A DNA stretch of 64,000 nt from Nitrospirota bacterium (GTDB lineage Bacteria > Nitrospirota > UBA9217). Below are positions 1 to 10,315 of this stretch, piece after piece. Every line of letters starts with the position of its first letter. Position 1 is the stretch's first letter. The stretch lies in assembly GCA_963754875.1 (NCBI GenBank), contig CAVWHO010000010.1:64001-128000 (forward strand), read 5' to 3'. The position numbers and the translations under genes are program-made. The notes under the pieces are model-generated. The model worked only from the letters and a program-made list of their open reading frames with translations. It had not been told where the DNA came from and did no database searches.

Positions 1-1164
1 GCACTTCACGATGACGGACCCGAGGTCCTCGGCTGCGGTGCGGACCTGAAAAATACTTTCACCTTGACGAAAGGAAAATTTGCCGTTCCCAGTCAGCACA
101 TCGGAGATATGGAAAACTTCGAGACCTTGAAGTTTTATGAAGAATGCCTGACGAACCTCAAAGCCGTTTACCGGGCAGACCCAAAAACATTGGTACACGA
201 TCTGCATCCTGGGTATTTGTCGACGCGATGGGCAGTGGAGCGGAAAACGAGAGATTCGACAGTGAAGCTCTTTGCGATTCAACACCATTATGCTCATATT
301 GGATCAGTAATGGCAGAGCACGGTTTAACGCAAAAAGTGATCGGCGTTGCCTTTGACGGGACCGGCTATGGCACTGACGGCAATCTTTGGGGAGGGGAGT
401 TTTTCGTGGCCGATATCGATGGCTTCGAAAGGGAGGGGCATTTTAAGTATGTCGCGCTTCCTGGAGGCGAAGCAGCAATCAGAGAACCCTGGAAAACTGC
501 GGTGAGCTTTGTTATGGCTGCAGCGGCAGGTGACAAAGCCCGGGAGTATCTGCAGCGAGCAGGATTCTTTCATAAATACGGAAAGGAAAGCATTGAGCAG
601 GTCATGCTTGTCGCCCGCTCTCCCGAGTTCTCTCCACTCTCGTCAGGCGCGGGGAGGCTGTTCGATGCTGTTTCTGCCCTGATTGGCGTCTGTGACCTCA
701 ATACCTTCGAAGGAGAGGCGGCCATGGCCCTTGAGTCTTTGACGCAAGAGGGGATTGCCGAAGAGTATGATGTTGAGTTCACCTTGAAGAATGAGTACAC
801 TGTCATCGATTATGCACCGACCTTTGTGGGGATAATCGATGACCTGGACCAAAATGTCGCAAAGGAAATAATTGCCACAAAGTTTCATAATACTGTTGCG
901 TCGGTCGTTCGTTCCATGGTCAGACGTGTGCATGACAAAACCGGGCTCAGTGTCGTGGCTTTGAGCGGCGGTACCTTTCAGAACCGTTATCTTTTGCAGA
1001 GGCTTTCGTCAGTGCTGTACCAGGAAGGTTTTACTGTTATGACGAATCAGAATGTTCCCTGTAACGATGCTTGCATCTCTCTCGGCCAGGCATATCTCGT
1101 CAGGGAACGGCTCAAAAAACAATTGCCCTCTTTGGAGGGGCAGAGGAAGCCGACGGGAGTCTGA
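1..1164 (+). CDS. hypF: Carbamoyltransferase HypF, 3' part (5' end outside window)
   Basis: Open frame from base 1 (GADLKNTF); HDLHPGYLS, QHHYAH, DGTGYGTDGNLWGGE, SSGAGRLFDAV and VPCND motifs. Confidence 0.95.
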   Translation, partial: ALHDDGPEVLGCGADLKNTFTLTKGKFAVPSQHIGDMENFETLKFYEECLTNLKAVYRADPKTLVHDLHPGYLSTRWAVERKTRDSTVKLFAIQHHYAHIGSVMAEHGLTQKVIGVAFDGTGYGTDGNLWGGEFFVADIDGFEREGHFKYVALPGGEAAIREPWKTAVSFVMAAAAGDKAREYLQRAGFFHKYGKESIEQVMLVARSPEFSPLSSGAGRLFDAVSALIGVCDLNTFEGEAAMALESLTQEGIAEEYDVEFTLKNEYTVIDYAPTFVGIIDDLDQNVAKEIIATKFHNTVASVVRSMVRRVHDKTGLSVVALSGGTFQNRYLLQRLSSVLYQEGFTVMTNQNVPCNDACISLGQAYLVRERLKKQLPSLEGQRKPTGV

Positions 1165-1360
1165 AAGAGTCGGCAAGTTAATCACCCTATCGGTCAGCAG
1201 GCAGGTCAAGGGGTTCATACCTGTGGCCGGTGATGGTTCTGGACTGATAATATCCATGTTTTTTTGCTGCTTTAAAATACCGCAAAGAAAGATAAGAAAA
1301 TCCAGAAATATGATATAATATGGCCCATTGCAGAGGATATACTGGAACAAAGGGGAGGAT

Positions 1361-1576
1361 ATGCCTGATATTCAAGATATGATCGGGAGAAAAGTGGACG
1401 TTTTCGCAAACGGAATAATCTACAGCGGAGAGTTGATTGAAGTTTCGGATGTCGAAGTGTATCTTAAGGGGTCGATGCAGTGGCTTTCGCTGCCGGCGTC
1501 ATCAATAAGCGAGATACGGTTGGCAGAACCCGGACCGTCGAGAATTGAATTGTCAAACGAACTGAAAGAAAAGTAA
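1361..1576 (+). CDS. Small hypothetical protein, possible Sm/LSm-like beta fold
   Basis: GGGGAGG RBS before ATG 1361; IGRKVDV...YSGELIEVSDVEVYL pattern. Confidence 0.6.
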   Translation: MPDIQDMIGRKVDVFANGIIYSGELIEVSDVEVYLKGSMQWLSLPASSISEIRLAEPGPSRIELSNELKEK

Positions 1577-1687
1577 ACACTCAAGAGGCAATCCACAGTC
1601 ATTCTGTATCTTCCCCCGCGCAATCATCCCGCGATCTATTTTAAAATTCGTTATTTGGTTTCGACGTATCTGCCGAGGAGCACTTAA

Positions 1688-3676
1688 TTGAAAGCTGAAG
1701 ACCAATTGGAATCAATCTTAAAGCGAACATCACAGTGGAGCTTTTTAATAACAGCGGGTATCGGTTCCGCATCTCTACTCGGATGGATATCCGGCGTCAT
1801 CATAGTCACGAGCATCAGCCGCAATTATGCACCGATAGCGCCGAGCACTGCATTATGTTTCCTGGTGCTGGGCGCTTCCCTGTTTGCTTATTCTCGCAAC
1901 CCTAGGAATACAGTCAGGCGGATGGTAGTCACGGTCGGCGCATTCCTCGTTTTTTTGTTTTCCGTGATAGTACTGGTCGGCATTTCCCTCGGCACGAAAT
2001 TTGAAGTCGAACATCTGGGTATGCAGTTACCGCCATCGGGGACATCTATTCCTGCAGGATATATGTCCCCCATTACCGGGATGGCCTTTTTTGCGGTAAC
2101 ATTAGACATTCTGTTTTTCGTGTTCTCCTTTGAAAGGGGAAAAAAATTCAAACAAGCAGCGGCGCTCATTGCAACGGTTGTGAGCCTGACCGGTTTTGTC
2201 GTCATTCTGGGCTATGTATACGGAACGCCTCTTTTATACGGCGGGAGCATAATACCGGTGGCTCTTCCCACTGCGCTGGCTTTCGTGTCCCTTGGTTTAG
2301 GAATGATAACCGCTGCAGGACCGGATGTCCTGCCTGTCCGGGAGTTTGCCGGGCCCTCTGTCCGCAGCCGGCTCATGAGGGCTTTTTTCCCTGCAATTAT
2401 CATCTATGTAATTATCGATGGCTTGCTGTATAAGACAGAACTCACTCGAACAGGCAATCCCGCACTTAAGGCATCTTTCATCGCCCTTCTCTCCATCATA
2501 GTCGTCGGTGTCATTATATCAAGAATTGCAAAAGTAATCGGGAACGAATTAGATCGAGCACATGTTGAACGAGAAAAGGCGGAAACTGAACTACGGTTCC
2601 TCGCTGCGATCATTAAAAATCTTCCCGATGCTGTATGCGCAATTGATCTTAACGAGATAACGATCGCTTGGAACAGCGCGGCCGAGAAGCTTTTGGGGTA
2701 TAAGGCTGAAGAAATCATCGGAAAACCGGTAACAACGATTATCCCTGAAGAAATAGCCCAGAAGGAGCTTGAGCACTGCCTGTCTATTTTGAACGCCGAA
2801 GGGGGCTTCTCAGGTTATGAATCGGTGCGGCTCACGAAGGATGGCAGGAGGGTCCCCGTTGAGTTGACCGGTGTGGCGATTAGGGATAAAGCACAAAATA
2901 TCACAAGCTATGCTTCAATCATGGTAGATATCACCAACCGCAAAACAGCGGAAGATGAACGCCTTAAAAGTCACGTCCTTGAGTCGATTGGTATTCTTGC
3001 AGGCGGAATTGCCCATGATTTTAATAACCTGCTCACCGCAATTCTCGGTAATATCACCGTCGCCAAGATGTTTGTGCAGCCAGCCGATAAGGCATTCAGC
3101 CGATTAGCCGACGCAGAACAGGTATGTCTTATTGCAGGTCAACTCAGCCAGCGCCTGCTTACCTTTGCCTCCGGCGGATATCCCGTAAGAAAAATAGCGG
3201 AGCTGTCGGGTTTGATCAAGGAGACCGGCGACACGATTCTTGATGGCTCAAATATTTCTTTTGATTTTATTTGGCCAGATGACCTCTACCCTCTTGCAAT
3301 AGATGAAGGACAAATGCAGCAGGTCTTCAACAATCTGGTAACCAATGCAAGGGAAGCCATGCCGAACGGAGGACGGCTAACGGTTCGAGGAGAGAACCTC
3401 AATATCGCAGCACAAGACAACATGCCTCTTCAGGAGGGCTACTACGTAAAGATATCGATCCGTGATACCGGAGCGGGCATGTCCGAGGAAAATCTGGCAA
3501 GGGTTTTCGACCCCTATTTTTCAACCAAAGATACCTACAGCCAGAAAGGTCTCGGACTGGGACTTGCGGTCTGCTATTCCATTATCAAAAGACATGATGG
3601 TTTGATTACTGTCGCTTCAGAGGTTGGCAAAGGCACTACCTTTACCATTTATATCCCAGCAGCAGGCTACAAATAA
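1688..3676 (+). CDS. Membrane PAS-domain sensor histidine kinase
   Basis: Multiple N-terminal TM helices, PAS (WNSAAEKLLGY), H-box AGGIAHDFNN, N/G1/F/G2 boxes. Confidence 0.92.
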   Translation: MKAEDQLESILKRTSQWSFLITAGIGSASLLGWISGVIIVTSISRNYAPIAPSTALCFLVLGASLFAYSRNPRNTVRRMVVTVGAFLVFLFSVIVLVGISLGTKFEVEHLGMQLPPSGTSIPAGYMSPITGMAFFAVTLDILFFVFSFERGKKFKQAAALIATVVSLTGFVVILGYVYGTPLLYGGSIIPVALPTALAFVSLGLGMITAAGPDVLPVREFAGPSVRSRLMRAFFPAIIIYVIIDGLLYKTELTRTGNPALKASFIALLSIIVVGVIISRIAKVIGNELDRAHVEREKAETELRFLAAIIKNLPDAVCAIDLNEITIAWNSAAEKLLGYKAEEIIGKPVTTIIPEEIAQKELEHCLSILNAEGGFSGYESVRLTKDGRRVPVELTGVAIRDKAQNITSYASIMVDITNRKTAEDERLKSHVLESIGILAGGIAHDFNNLLTAILGNITVAKMFVQPADKAFSRLADAEQVCLIAGQLSQRLLTFASGGYPVRKIAELSGLIKETGDTILDGSNISFDFIWPDDLYPLAIDEGQMQQVFNNLVTNAREAMPNGGRLTVRGENLNIAAQDNMPLQEGYYVKISIRDTGAGMSEENLARVFDPYFSTKDTYSQKGLGLGLAVCYSIIKRHDGLITVASEVGKGTTFTIYIPAAGYK

Positions 3677-3728
3677 TCCTTGTCCAAGAGACCGTCTGAG
3701 AAGTATTGACAACGACCCGTCTTTTTCA

Positions 3729-5087
3729 TCATGCCGTTTCTATCCTGAGCTTTTTCAGTTTTCGGTACAACGTCGCAAGATCGATCCCCAGTTTGCCGGC
3801 AGCGGCTTCCTTGCTCCCTTTGCTTTCCGCCATACTTCTTCGGATATACTCGCGCTCGAATTCATCAAGTGCATGCCTGAGCGATGATGTGGAAACTCCT
3901 TCAATATCCAGTGTTCTGAACTTGTCCGGGAGATCGTGGATGGTAATCATCTCTCCGTCCGCGAGCACGGTCGCCCGCTCAATGGTGTTCCGAAGCTCTC
4001 GGACATTTCCCGGCCAGTCGTAAGCGAGCAAGGCTTGCATGGCTTCATAGTCGATGTCCTTGATTTTTTTTTCCGCTTCTTTTGCGGAGATGTCCAGATA
4101 ATGCTTGATGAGTACCGGGATATCATCGCGACGCTCGCGCAGGGCCGGCATCCGTATCTCGATCACGTTCAAGCGATAATAGAGGTCCTCCCTGAACCGT
4201 CCTTCTTTAACACGCTGCATGAGATCGGCATTTGTGGCTGCGACGATTCTTACATCGACGGCGATGACCCGGGTGTCCCCGACCGGCGTCAGTTCTTTCG
4301 TCTGGATCACGTGCAGCAGTTTGACTTGAAGCGCCTGCGGCAGTTCGCCGATCTCATCGAGAAAAAGTGTGCCGCTGGACGCCATGGTAATGAGGCCTTT
4401 CTTGTCCTCGTTGGCGGAAGTAAAGGCGCCTTTTTTGTGGCCGAACAGTTCGCTTTCGAGCAGGTTCTCGGGTATGGCGCCGCAATTGATGGATATAAAC
4501 GGTTTGCCTTTTCTCGGCCCGGCCTCGTGGATCGCCTGCGCAACCAGACCTTTGCCGGTCCCGCTTTCTCCCGTGATCAGGATGTTGCTCTTGTTCGGGA
4601 TCACTTTCTCCATGAACGTAAAGACTTTCTGCATGGGTTCGGAATTGCCGATGATCTTCGCGAATCCCTCACGCCGCTGGCTCAGCTCCTGGCGTAAAAT
4701 CTGATTTTCCATCTGGAGTGCACGGCTCTGGAGGATACGTTTGATCGTCATCCTGATTTCGTCATTGATGAAGGGCTTCGTGACGTAATCCACGGCCCCG
4801 GAGCGCATTGCTTCAACTGCCGAGCCTACCGATGCGAAAGCAGTCATCATGATTACGGAGGTTTCGGGGCATATCTTCTGCACTTGATGGAGGACCTCAA
4901 ACCCGTCCTTTTTCTCCATCCTGATATCGGTCATGATGATATCGAAGTTTTCCTTCTGGATACGGTCGATGGCCTGCTCGCCGTTGTATGCCTCTTTGAC
5001 AACATACCCTTCCTTCGTAAGCAAGATGTTCAGGGCCATACAGATGTCTTTTTCGTCGTCAACGACCAAAATGTTAGGTTTTTCCAT
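3729..5087 (-). CDS. Sigma54-dependent response regulator (NtrC family)
   Basis: Receiver domain, [22 protein letters not shown]-terminal Fis HTH. Confidence 0.95.
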   Translation of the reverse strand: MEKPNILVVDDEKDICMALNILLTKEGYVVKEAYNGEQAIDRIQKENFDIIMTDIRMEKKDGFEVLHQVQKICPETSVIMMTAFASVGSAVEAMRSGAVDYVTKPFINDEIRMTIKRILQSRALQMENQILRQELSQRREGFAKIIGNSEPMQKVFTFMEKVIPNKSNILITGESGTGKGLVAQAIHEAGPRKGKPFISINCGAIPENLLESELFGHKKGAFTSANEDKKGLITMASSGTLFLDEIGELPQALQVKLLHVIQTKELTPVGDTRVIAVDVRIVAATNADLMQRVKEGRFREDLYYRLNVIEIRMPALRERRDDIPVLIKHYLDISAKEAEKKIKDIDYEAMQALLAYDWPGNVRELRNTIERATVLADGEMITIHDLPDKFRTLDIEGVSTSSLRHALDEFEREYIRRSMAESKGSKEAAAGKLGIDLATLYRKLKKLRIETA

Positions 5088-5099
5088 CGATACCGCTCC

Positions 5100-7343
5100 T
5101 TATGCTCGTTCATTTGCGATCGGCAGGAGGATCGTAAACATCGTGCCTTTTCCGACTTCGCTTTCCACGTGGATATCTCCTTTGAATCGCTTGACGATGT
5201 CGTAGCTCAGGGAGAGGCCGAGGCCCGTTCCTTTGCCCGCTTCCTTGGTCGTGAAGAATGGGTCGAAGATCTTCTGAAGCTCGCTCTGGGGAATCCCCAT
5301 CCCCGAGTCTGCAAAGGTTATGACGATGGCTTTATGGCCGCGATCGTCCTCACCGGGCCGGGACTCGACCTTCAGTTCGCCGCCGTTCGGCATGGCGTCA
5401 AAGGCATTGAGAATAATATTAATGAAGACCTGCGACATCTGGCCTTCGTCGATCATGATCCTCGGCAAACCGGGATCGAGAGACACCCTAATCTCGACGG
5501 AACTCTTCAGGCGTTTGTCGAGCCGCATCAGGTCAAGTGTTGAATTCAGGACATCGTTCAACTGTACTTCCCTGATGTTCAGTGCGTCCGCCCGCGCAAA
5601 AGTTGCCATGCGCCGAACAATGTCGGTAATTCGCTGGATATGATTGTTGATGACATCGAGGCTGTTCTTCGTGAAGTCGTCCTGTGTCGTCTCCCTCACT
5701 AACTGGGCAAACGTGGAAATAGAGGTGAGGGGATTCCCGATCTCATGGGCCACGCCTGCAGCAAGCCTCCCCAGCGCGGCGAGCTTTTCGGAATGAAGAA
5801 CCTGCTGCTCGAGTTTCCTTGCCGTGGCAGTTCCCCGGTCGACCTTATCTTCGAGTTCGACGGTATACTTTTTGAGGGCTTCTTCGAGGTGCACTCGTTT
5901 CGTTACGTTGGTGCTCGTGATCAGGATGCCGGGAACTTTGCCGTCGATGAGGAGGGGATTGGTGTTCATGGTCAGAAAAACGGGCGTGTCCTGCCAGCCT
6001 GTTATCTTATAGTCCTTCAGCTCAAAACTCCTGCCGTTAAGCGTCTTATGCAGGATTTCGTTAATGGGGATGCCGTTATACGGCGTGAGTTGATCGGTAA
6101 ACAGCGAGAAAAAAGACTTGCCGATCATCTGTTCCTTCGGACGGCCGCACGTCTGCGCCTGGGCGGTGTTGACTGTTCTGACAGAGAGGTCCTTGTCCAG
6201 GACCATAAGATTCGTTCTGGTATTCTCAATGATGTTTTCCAGGTACTCTTTTGCAATTACGATCTCCTGCTCCAGGCGGCGATGGTTTTCGAGGTGCTTC
6301 TCTTTTTCCTCTGCCATGACCTTTTTTTTGTTGGCAACAATGGTGGCTCCGGAGGCAACGAGAGTCGTAATAAAGATTGAAGTGATCAGGAGGGTGTAAA
6401 AAAGCCTGCTTTGCCGCATGAGGTCTATGACATCGGAGTAGGGTGCAGAGACCACGACGATCCAGGACTTTTGCAGGATCGGGAGTTTGTAGAATGCGGC
6501 GAGTTTGTTCTCGCCTCCCGGTGCCACGTAGTAACCGAACGTCTCTTCTTTGCCTTCGATCATTTTTTTTTCGGTATCGAATGACCGGTGACATTTGAAG
6601 CAGGACTTGTCTGTATGGTAGAGATTTTTGCCTACCATCTGGGGCTGGGTGGGATGATAGAGCAGCGTGCCGTCACTGTCCATCATCCAGGCATACCCGC
6701 GTCTTCCGGACTTAATAGGGGCAAGAAAGCGTGAGGTGAGGCCGTCCATCGAGAGCGCGGCGAGAACGACCCCGTTAAATTCCTGTGCAGACCGATTTTC
6801 CCGCTTTTGGTAGATCGGAACTGCAATGATGAACTCTTTCGTATCCTCGCCGGTGTCATGAATCTCGAGAAGGTCGGTAATGAGTTTTTCATTCTTCGGG
6901 AGCACTCGCGCCCTTTTGAAGTAATCTGTTTTCGACAAGTCCACCCGTTCTTTCTCGGGATAGGCGCTGTCATAACGAATAATACCGTTCCGGTCGAGGA
7001 CGCGGATAGTAACGAGCGCTTCATTCTGGAGGCTGTAGGTGATCGACTCGACTGCGGAATGAACACGGCGGTTCTCGTCGATTCGGTCAATCTGCGGCAG
7101 CTGAGAGATCGCGCGGATGGTTTTGTATACGTGGTTGGTGACACTCTCTATGTTCATGGCCACTTCACGTGACAGCAGCAGCTGCTGTTTGTTGAATTGT
7201 TCCGCCATTTCCGATTGCAGCGATTGGTGAAAGAATTGTCCGAGAATGATGATGAGCGAGAGGACGACGATGAGGACTAAAACCAACCCCGTGGGAGAGA
7301 GGAGTTCTTTTTGCTTGAGGGCGCTGATAAAACGTTGAAACAT
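5100..7343 (-). CDS. Cache + PAS sensor histidine kinase with periplasmic CxxCH motif
   Basis: Two TM helices flanking Cache-like domain containing CFKCH; H-box GVAHEIGNP; HATPase boxes. Confidence 0.9.
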   Translation of the reverse strand: MFQRFISALKQKELLSPTGLVLVLIVVLSLIIILGQFFHQSLQSEMAEQFNKQQLLLSREVAMNIESVTNHVYKTIRAISQLPQIDRIDENRRVHSAVESITYSLQNEALVTIRVLDRNGIIRYDSAYPEKERVDLSKTDYFKRARVLPKNEKLITDLLEIHDTGEDTKEFIIAVPIYQKRENRSAQEFNGVVLAALSMDGLTSRFLAPIKSGRRGYAWMMDSDGTLLYHPTQPQMVGKNLYHTDKSCFKCHRSFDTEKKMIEGKEETFGYYVAPGGENKLAAFYKLPILQKSWIVVVSAPYSDVIDLMRQSRLFYTLLITSIFITTLVASGATIVANKKKVMAEEKEKHLENHRRLEQEIVIAKEYLENIIENTRTNLMVLDKDLSVRTVNTAQAQTCGRPKEQMIGKSFFSLFTDQLTPYNGIPINEILHKTLNGRSFELKDYKITGWQDTPVFLTMNTNPLLIDGKVPGILITSTNVTKRVHLEEALKKYTVELEDKVDRGTATARKLEQQVLHSEKLAALGRLAAGVAHEIGNPLTSISTFAQLVRETTQDDFTKNSLDVINNHIQRITDIVRRMATFARADALNIREVQLNDVLNSTLDLMRLDKRLKSSVEIRVSLDPGLPRIMIDEGQMSQVFINIILNAFDAMPNGGELKVESRPGEDDRGHKAIVITFADSGMGIPQSELQKIFDPFFTTKEAGKGTGLGLSLSYDIVKRFKGDIHVESEVGKGTMFTILLPIANERA

Positions 7344-7498
7344 GGATTAATTTACTGCGAAAACAGGAGGGAAGTCAAGGAGGAAAAGGCAGCTGGTTGC
7401 ATCCTGCCCTGTCAGCTCGTAAGGGTTTTCCTAAGAAAGTTTATCCCGCATTTAAACACTGTTCAACTCTTCGTCTTCCCGGGAGATTGGCGTTGAGA

Positions 7499-7870
7499 TT
7501 ACACAGCCAGAAGTCTTTTAATTTTGGTAAGGATTTCCATGGGACTGAACGGTTTGACAATATATTCGTCCGCGCCGACTTCTTTGCCGCGTTCCTGTTC
7601 CGCCACCTGGCCCTTGGCAGTCAGCATGATGACATATGTTTTTTTGAGTTCAGGGTCGTTTTTTATGATGCGGCACACGTCATAGCCGTTCATTTCGGGC
7701 ATCATTATGTCGAGAAAGATGATATCGGGACGGACGTTTTTTGCTTCCCTCAAAGCTTCGACACCGTCCTTGGCCATCCATAGTTTATAACCTTCATCTT
7801 CAAGGAGATAGGTGAGGGCCTCCCGAATGTTTTCATTATCGTCGGCTATAAGAATTTTTTTTGGTTCCAT
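7499..7870 (-). CDS. Single-domain response regulator (CheY-like)
   Basis: ILIADD, LDIMMP, MLTA, KPFS motifs; start trimmed to ATG 7870. Confidence 0.9.
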   Translation of the reverse strand: MEPKKILIADDNENIREALTYLLEDEGYKLWMAKDGVEALREAKNVRPDIIFLDIMMPEMNGYDVCRIIKNDPELKKTYVIMLTAKGQVAEQERGKEVGADEYIVKPFSPMEILTKIKRLLAV

Positions 7871-8126
7871 AGAAATTTGTGTTGGCCCGAAAAATAAGGC
7901 TAACAAAAGATTAGCTTTATTTCGCGAATTTGTCAAGCCGAAATATCAGCTCTTATGCATGAATCTTACAAGCTGTAACCTCCTGCAAAAAATTGGAGAT
8001 AAAATTTGACGGCTGCGGTACCACCAACATATAGAAGTTGAAAAACGCACGGAGGAGGGGTATCATAGGTCGCGCAGAGGGAAATATTTCGGAACCACTC
8101 GCTCTGAATAGAAGGGAGACTCTTTA

Positions 8127-9513
8127 ATGAATGCTGCTATCGATTACGCTGCGGTCCTCACAAAAGCGTTAAGCAGCGGCGGTGAATTTGCCGATATTTT
8201 TGTCGAGCGGAGTGCACCGTTCTCTATTGTTTGCGAAGACGGCAAAATCGAAAAAGTCATATCGGGCTTTGATTACGGCGCCGGAGTGCGGCTTATCTTC
8301 GGACAGCGGACGGCCTATGCCTATACCAACGAGCTGACGACCGAGTCACTTCTTGGAAATCGCCGACGCAGTGCGCCAGGCGGCGTCGCAAGGATTGCAG
8401 GGGGAAGTTCTTACTCTCACGAGAAATAAACCGCGAACCGACTTTTCAATAGTAAAGCCCTCCCGGGACGTCGATACTTCGCGGAAAATTGAAATCGTTC
8501 TCCGGGCGAATAGCATCGCGAGGACCTCAGATCGCCGTATCAGGCAGGCGCAGGTGTCTTACCGGGAACATTGTCAACAGGTCCTGATCGCCAACTCCGA
8601 TGGCGTCATGGCAGAGGATGAACGCACCTATCTCACAGCGCTCGTTCATGTCGTTGCGTCAGACGGTAAGGTGGTCCAGACCGGCTACGAAACGATCGGC
8701 GGCAATATCGGAATGGAACTTTTTGACCTCACGCCGCTCGAACAGGCCGCAGAAACGGCGGTGAAGCGCGCCGTGATGATGCTTTCGGCGCGCAAAGCGC
8801 CTGCGGGCAGAATGCCGGTGGTCCTGTCCTCTGAAGCCGGCGGGACCATGATCCACGAAGCAGTAGGGCACGGACTCGAAGCTGACCTGGCCCAATCCGG
8901 GCTTTCCGTGTACTCGAACCGGATTGGCGACCGGATAGCCTCCCCGCTCATCACGGTCTTGGATGATGCCACCATTGCCGGCAAACGCGGCTCCTTTCGC
9001 TTTGACGACGAGGGCGTTGATTCAGCGAAAACGGTTCTGGTGGACAAGGGCATCCTCAAAACGTTCATGTACGACCGGCTGACGGCCATGAAGGACGGAG
9101 TCCGTTCAACAGGCAATGGAAGGCGCGAATCTTACAAACATCGACCGATCCCGCGGATGACGAATACTATGATCGCACCGGGCGATACGGACCCGGGAGA
9201 TATCCTCAAGACAACGTCGAAAGGGCTCTTTGTCAGAAAAATGGGCGGTGGGCAGGTGAATACCGTGAACGGAGACTTCGTTTTCGAAGTGAGTGAAGGA
9301 TATCTCATTGAAAACGGAGCAATCGGCGATCCGGTGCGGGGAGCAACGCTTACCGGAAATGGACCACAGGTGCTGCTGTCGATCGACAGGGTCGGGTCCG
9401 ATCTGGGTTACTCCATCGGAACCTGCGGCAAAGACGGGCAGGGATCGCCGGTGAGCGATGCGCAGCCGACGCTCAGGATACCGGAAATTACGGTCGGTGG
9501 AGTTGTTGAGTAA
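8127..9513 (+). CDS. tldD: TldD/PmbA family metalloprotease, one frameshift near 8354
   Basis: ORFs 8127-8429 (GGEFADIFVE, GAGVR) and 8353-9513 (HEAVGHGLEAD, RMTNT, CGKDGQ) are consecutive parts of one protein. Confidence 0.9.
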
Positions 9514-9629
9514 GAGAACCCTGCCGTGACAGGCAATCTCTCCTGGCCCTTATCTCAAATAAGATTAAATTTCTGTGATGTTCATAGTTCTCATTCGTAT
9601 TTGACCAATAGTTTCCCGCAGGAGCGAGT

Positions 9630-10124
9630 ATGAAAATTCGCGCAGCAATCATTACCATGAGTGACAAGGGTGCCGCAGGGCAACGCGACGACCAAAGCGG
9701 AAAGACCATTCGTGATATGATTACCGGCATCGGATTTTCTGCAGATCACTACGAAATCCTTCCGGATGAGAAAGAGCTCATCATTGCGTCTCTCAAGAGG
9801 CTGTCAGACTCCGGGAATATCGATCTTATCCTCACGACCGGCGGCACCGGAGTTGCGCCCCGGGACGTGACTCCAGATGCCACGCTGGCGGTAATCGACT
9901 GTGTTCTTCCCGGAATGGCAGAGGCCATGCGAGCGGAGAGCCTCAAGAAAACTCCTCATGCTATGATCTCCCGCGCCGTGGCCGGAATCAGAAAACGGAC
10001 CTTGATCGTAAACCTCCCCGGCAGTCCGAAGGCTGTCCGCGAAAATCTTGCAGTTATCCTTCCGGCGCTTTCCCACGCAGTCGAAAAAATCAACGGAGAT
10101 CCTTCTGAGTGCGGCAGTTCGTAG
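9630..10124 (+). CDS. mog: Molybdopterin adenylyltransferase (Mog/MoaB family)
   Basis: ILTTGGTGVAPRDVTPDAT, SRAVAG and NLPGSPKAV motifs. Confidence 0.9.
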   Translation: MKIRAAIITMSDKGAAGQRDDQSGKTIRDMITGIGFSADHYEILPDEKELIIASLKRLSDSGNIDLILTTGGTGVAPRDVTPDATLAVIDCVLPGMAEAMRAESLKKTPHAMISRAVAGIRKRTLIVNLPGSPKAVRENLAVILPALSHAVEKINGDPSECGSS

Positions 10125-10315
10125 ACCGTTATCCTCCGCACTGAACTCACCTCCGTCTTTGAGCGCGAAACGGAGTCCTCTGTTGTTGCCAACGACAGGA
10201 ATTGCCTCCCAGTTGACATCCACTGGCATATAGTATAGAATTTCGAAATAAAATCGGTCGCTGGTTTATTTTTTACAAGTCGCTCTGAACTTGTGTTTGC
10301 AATTCAGGAGGTGCC

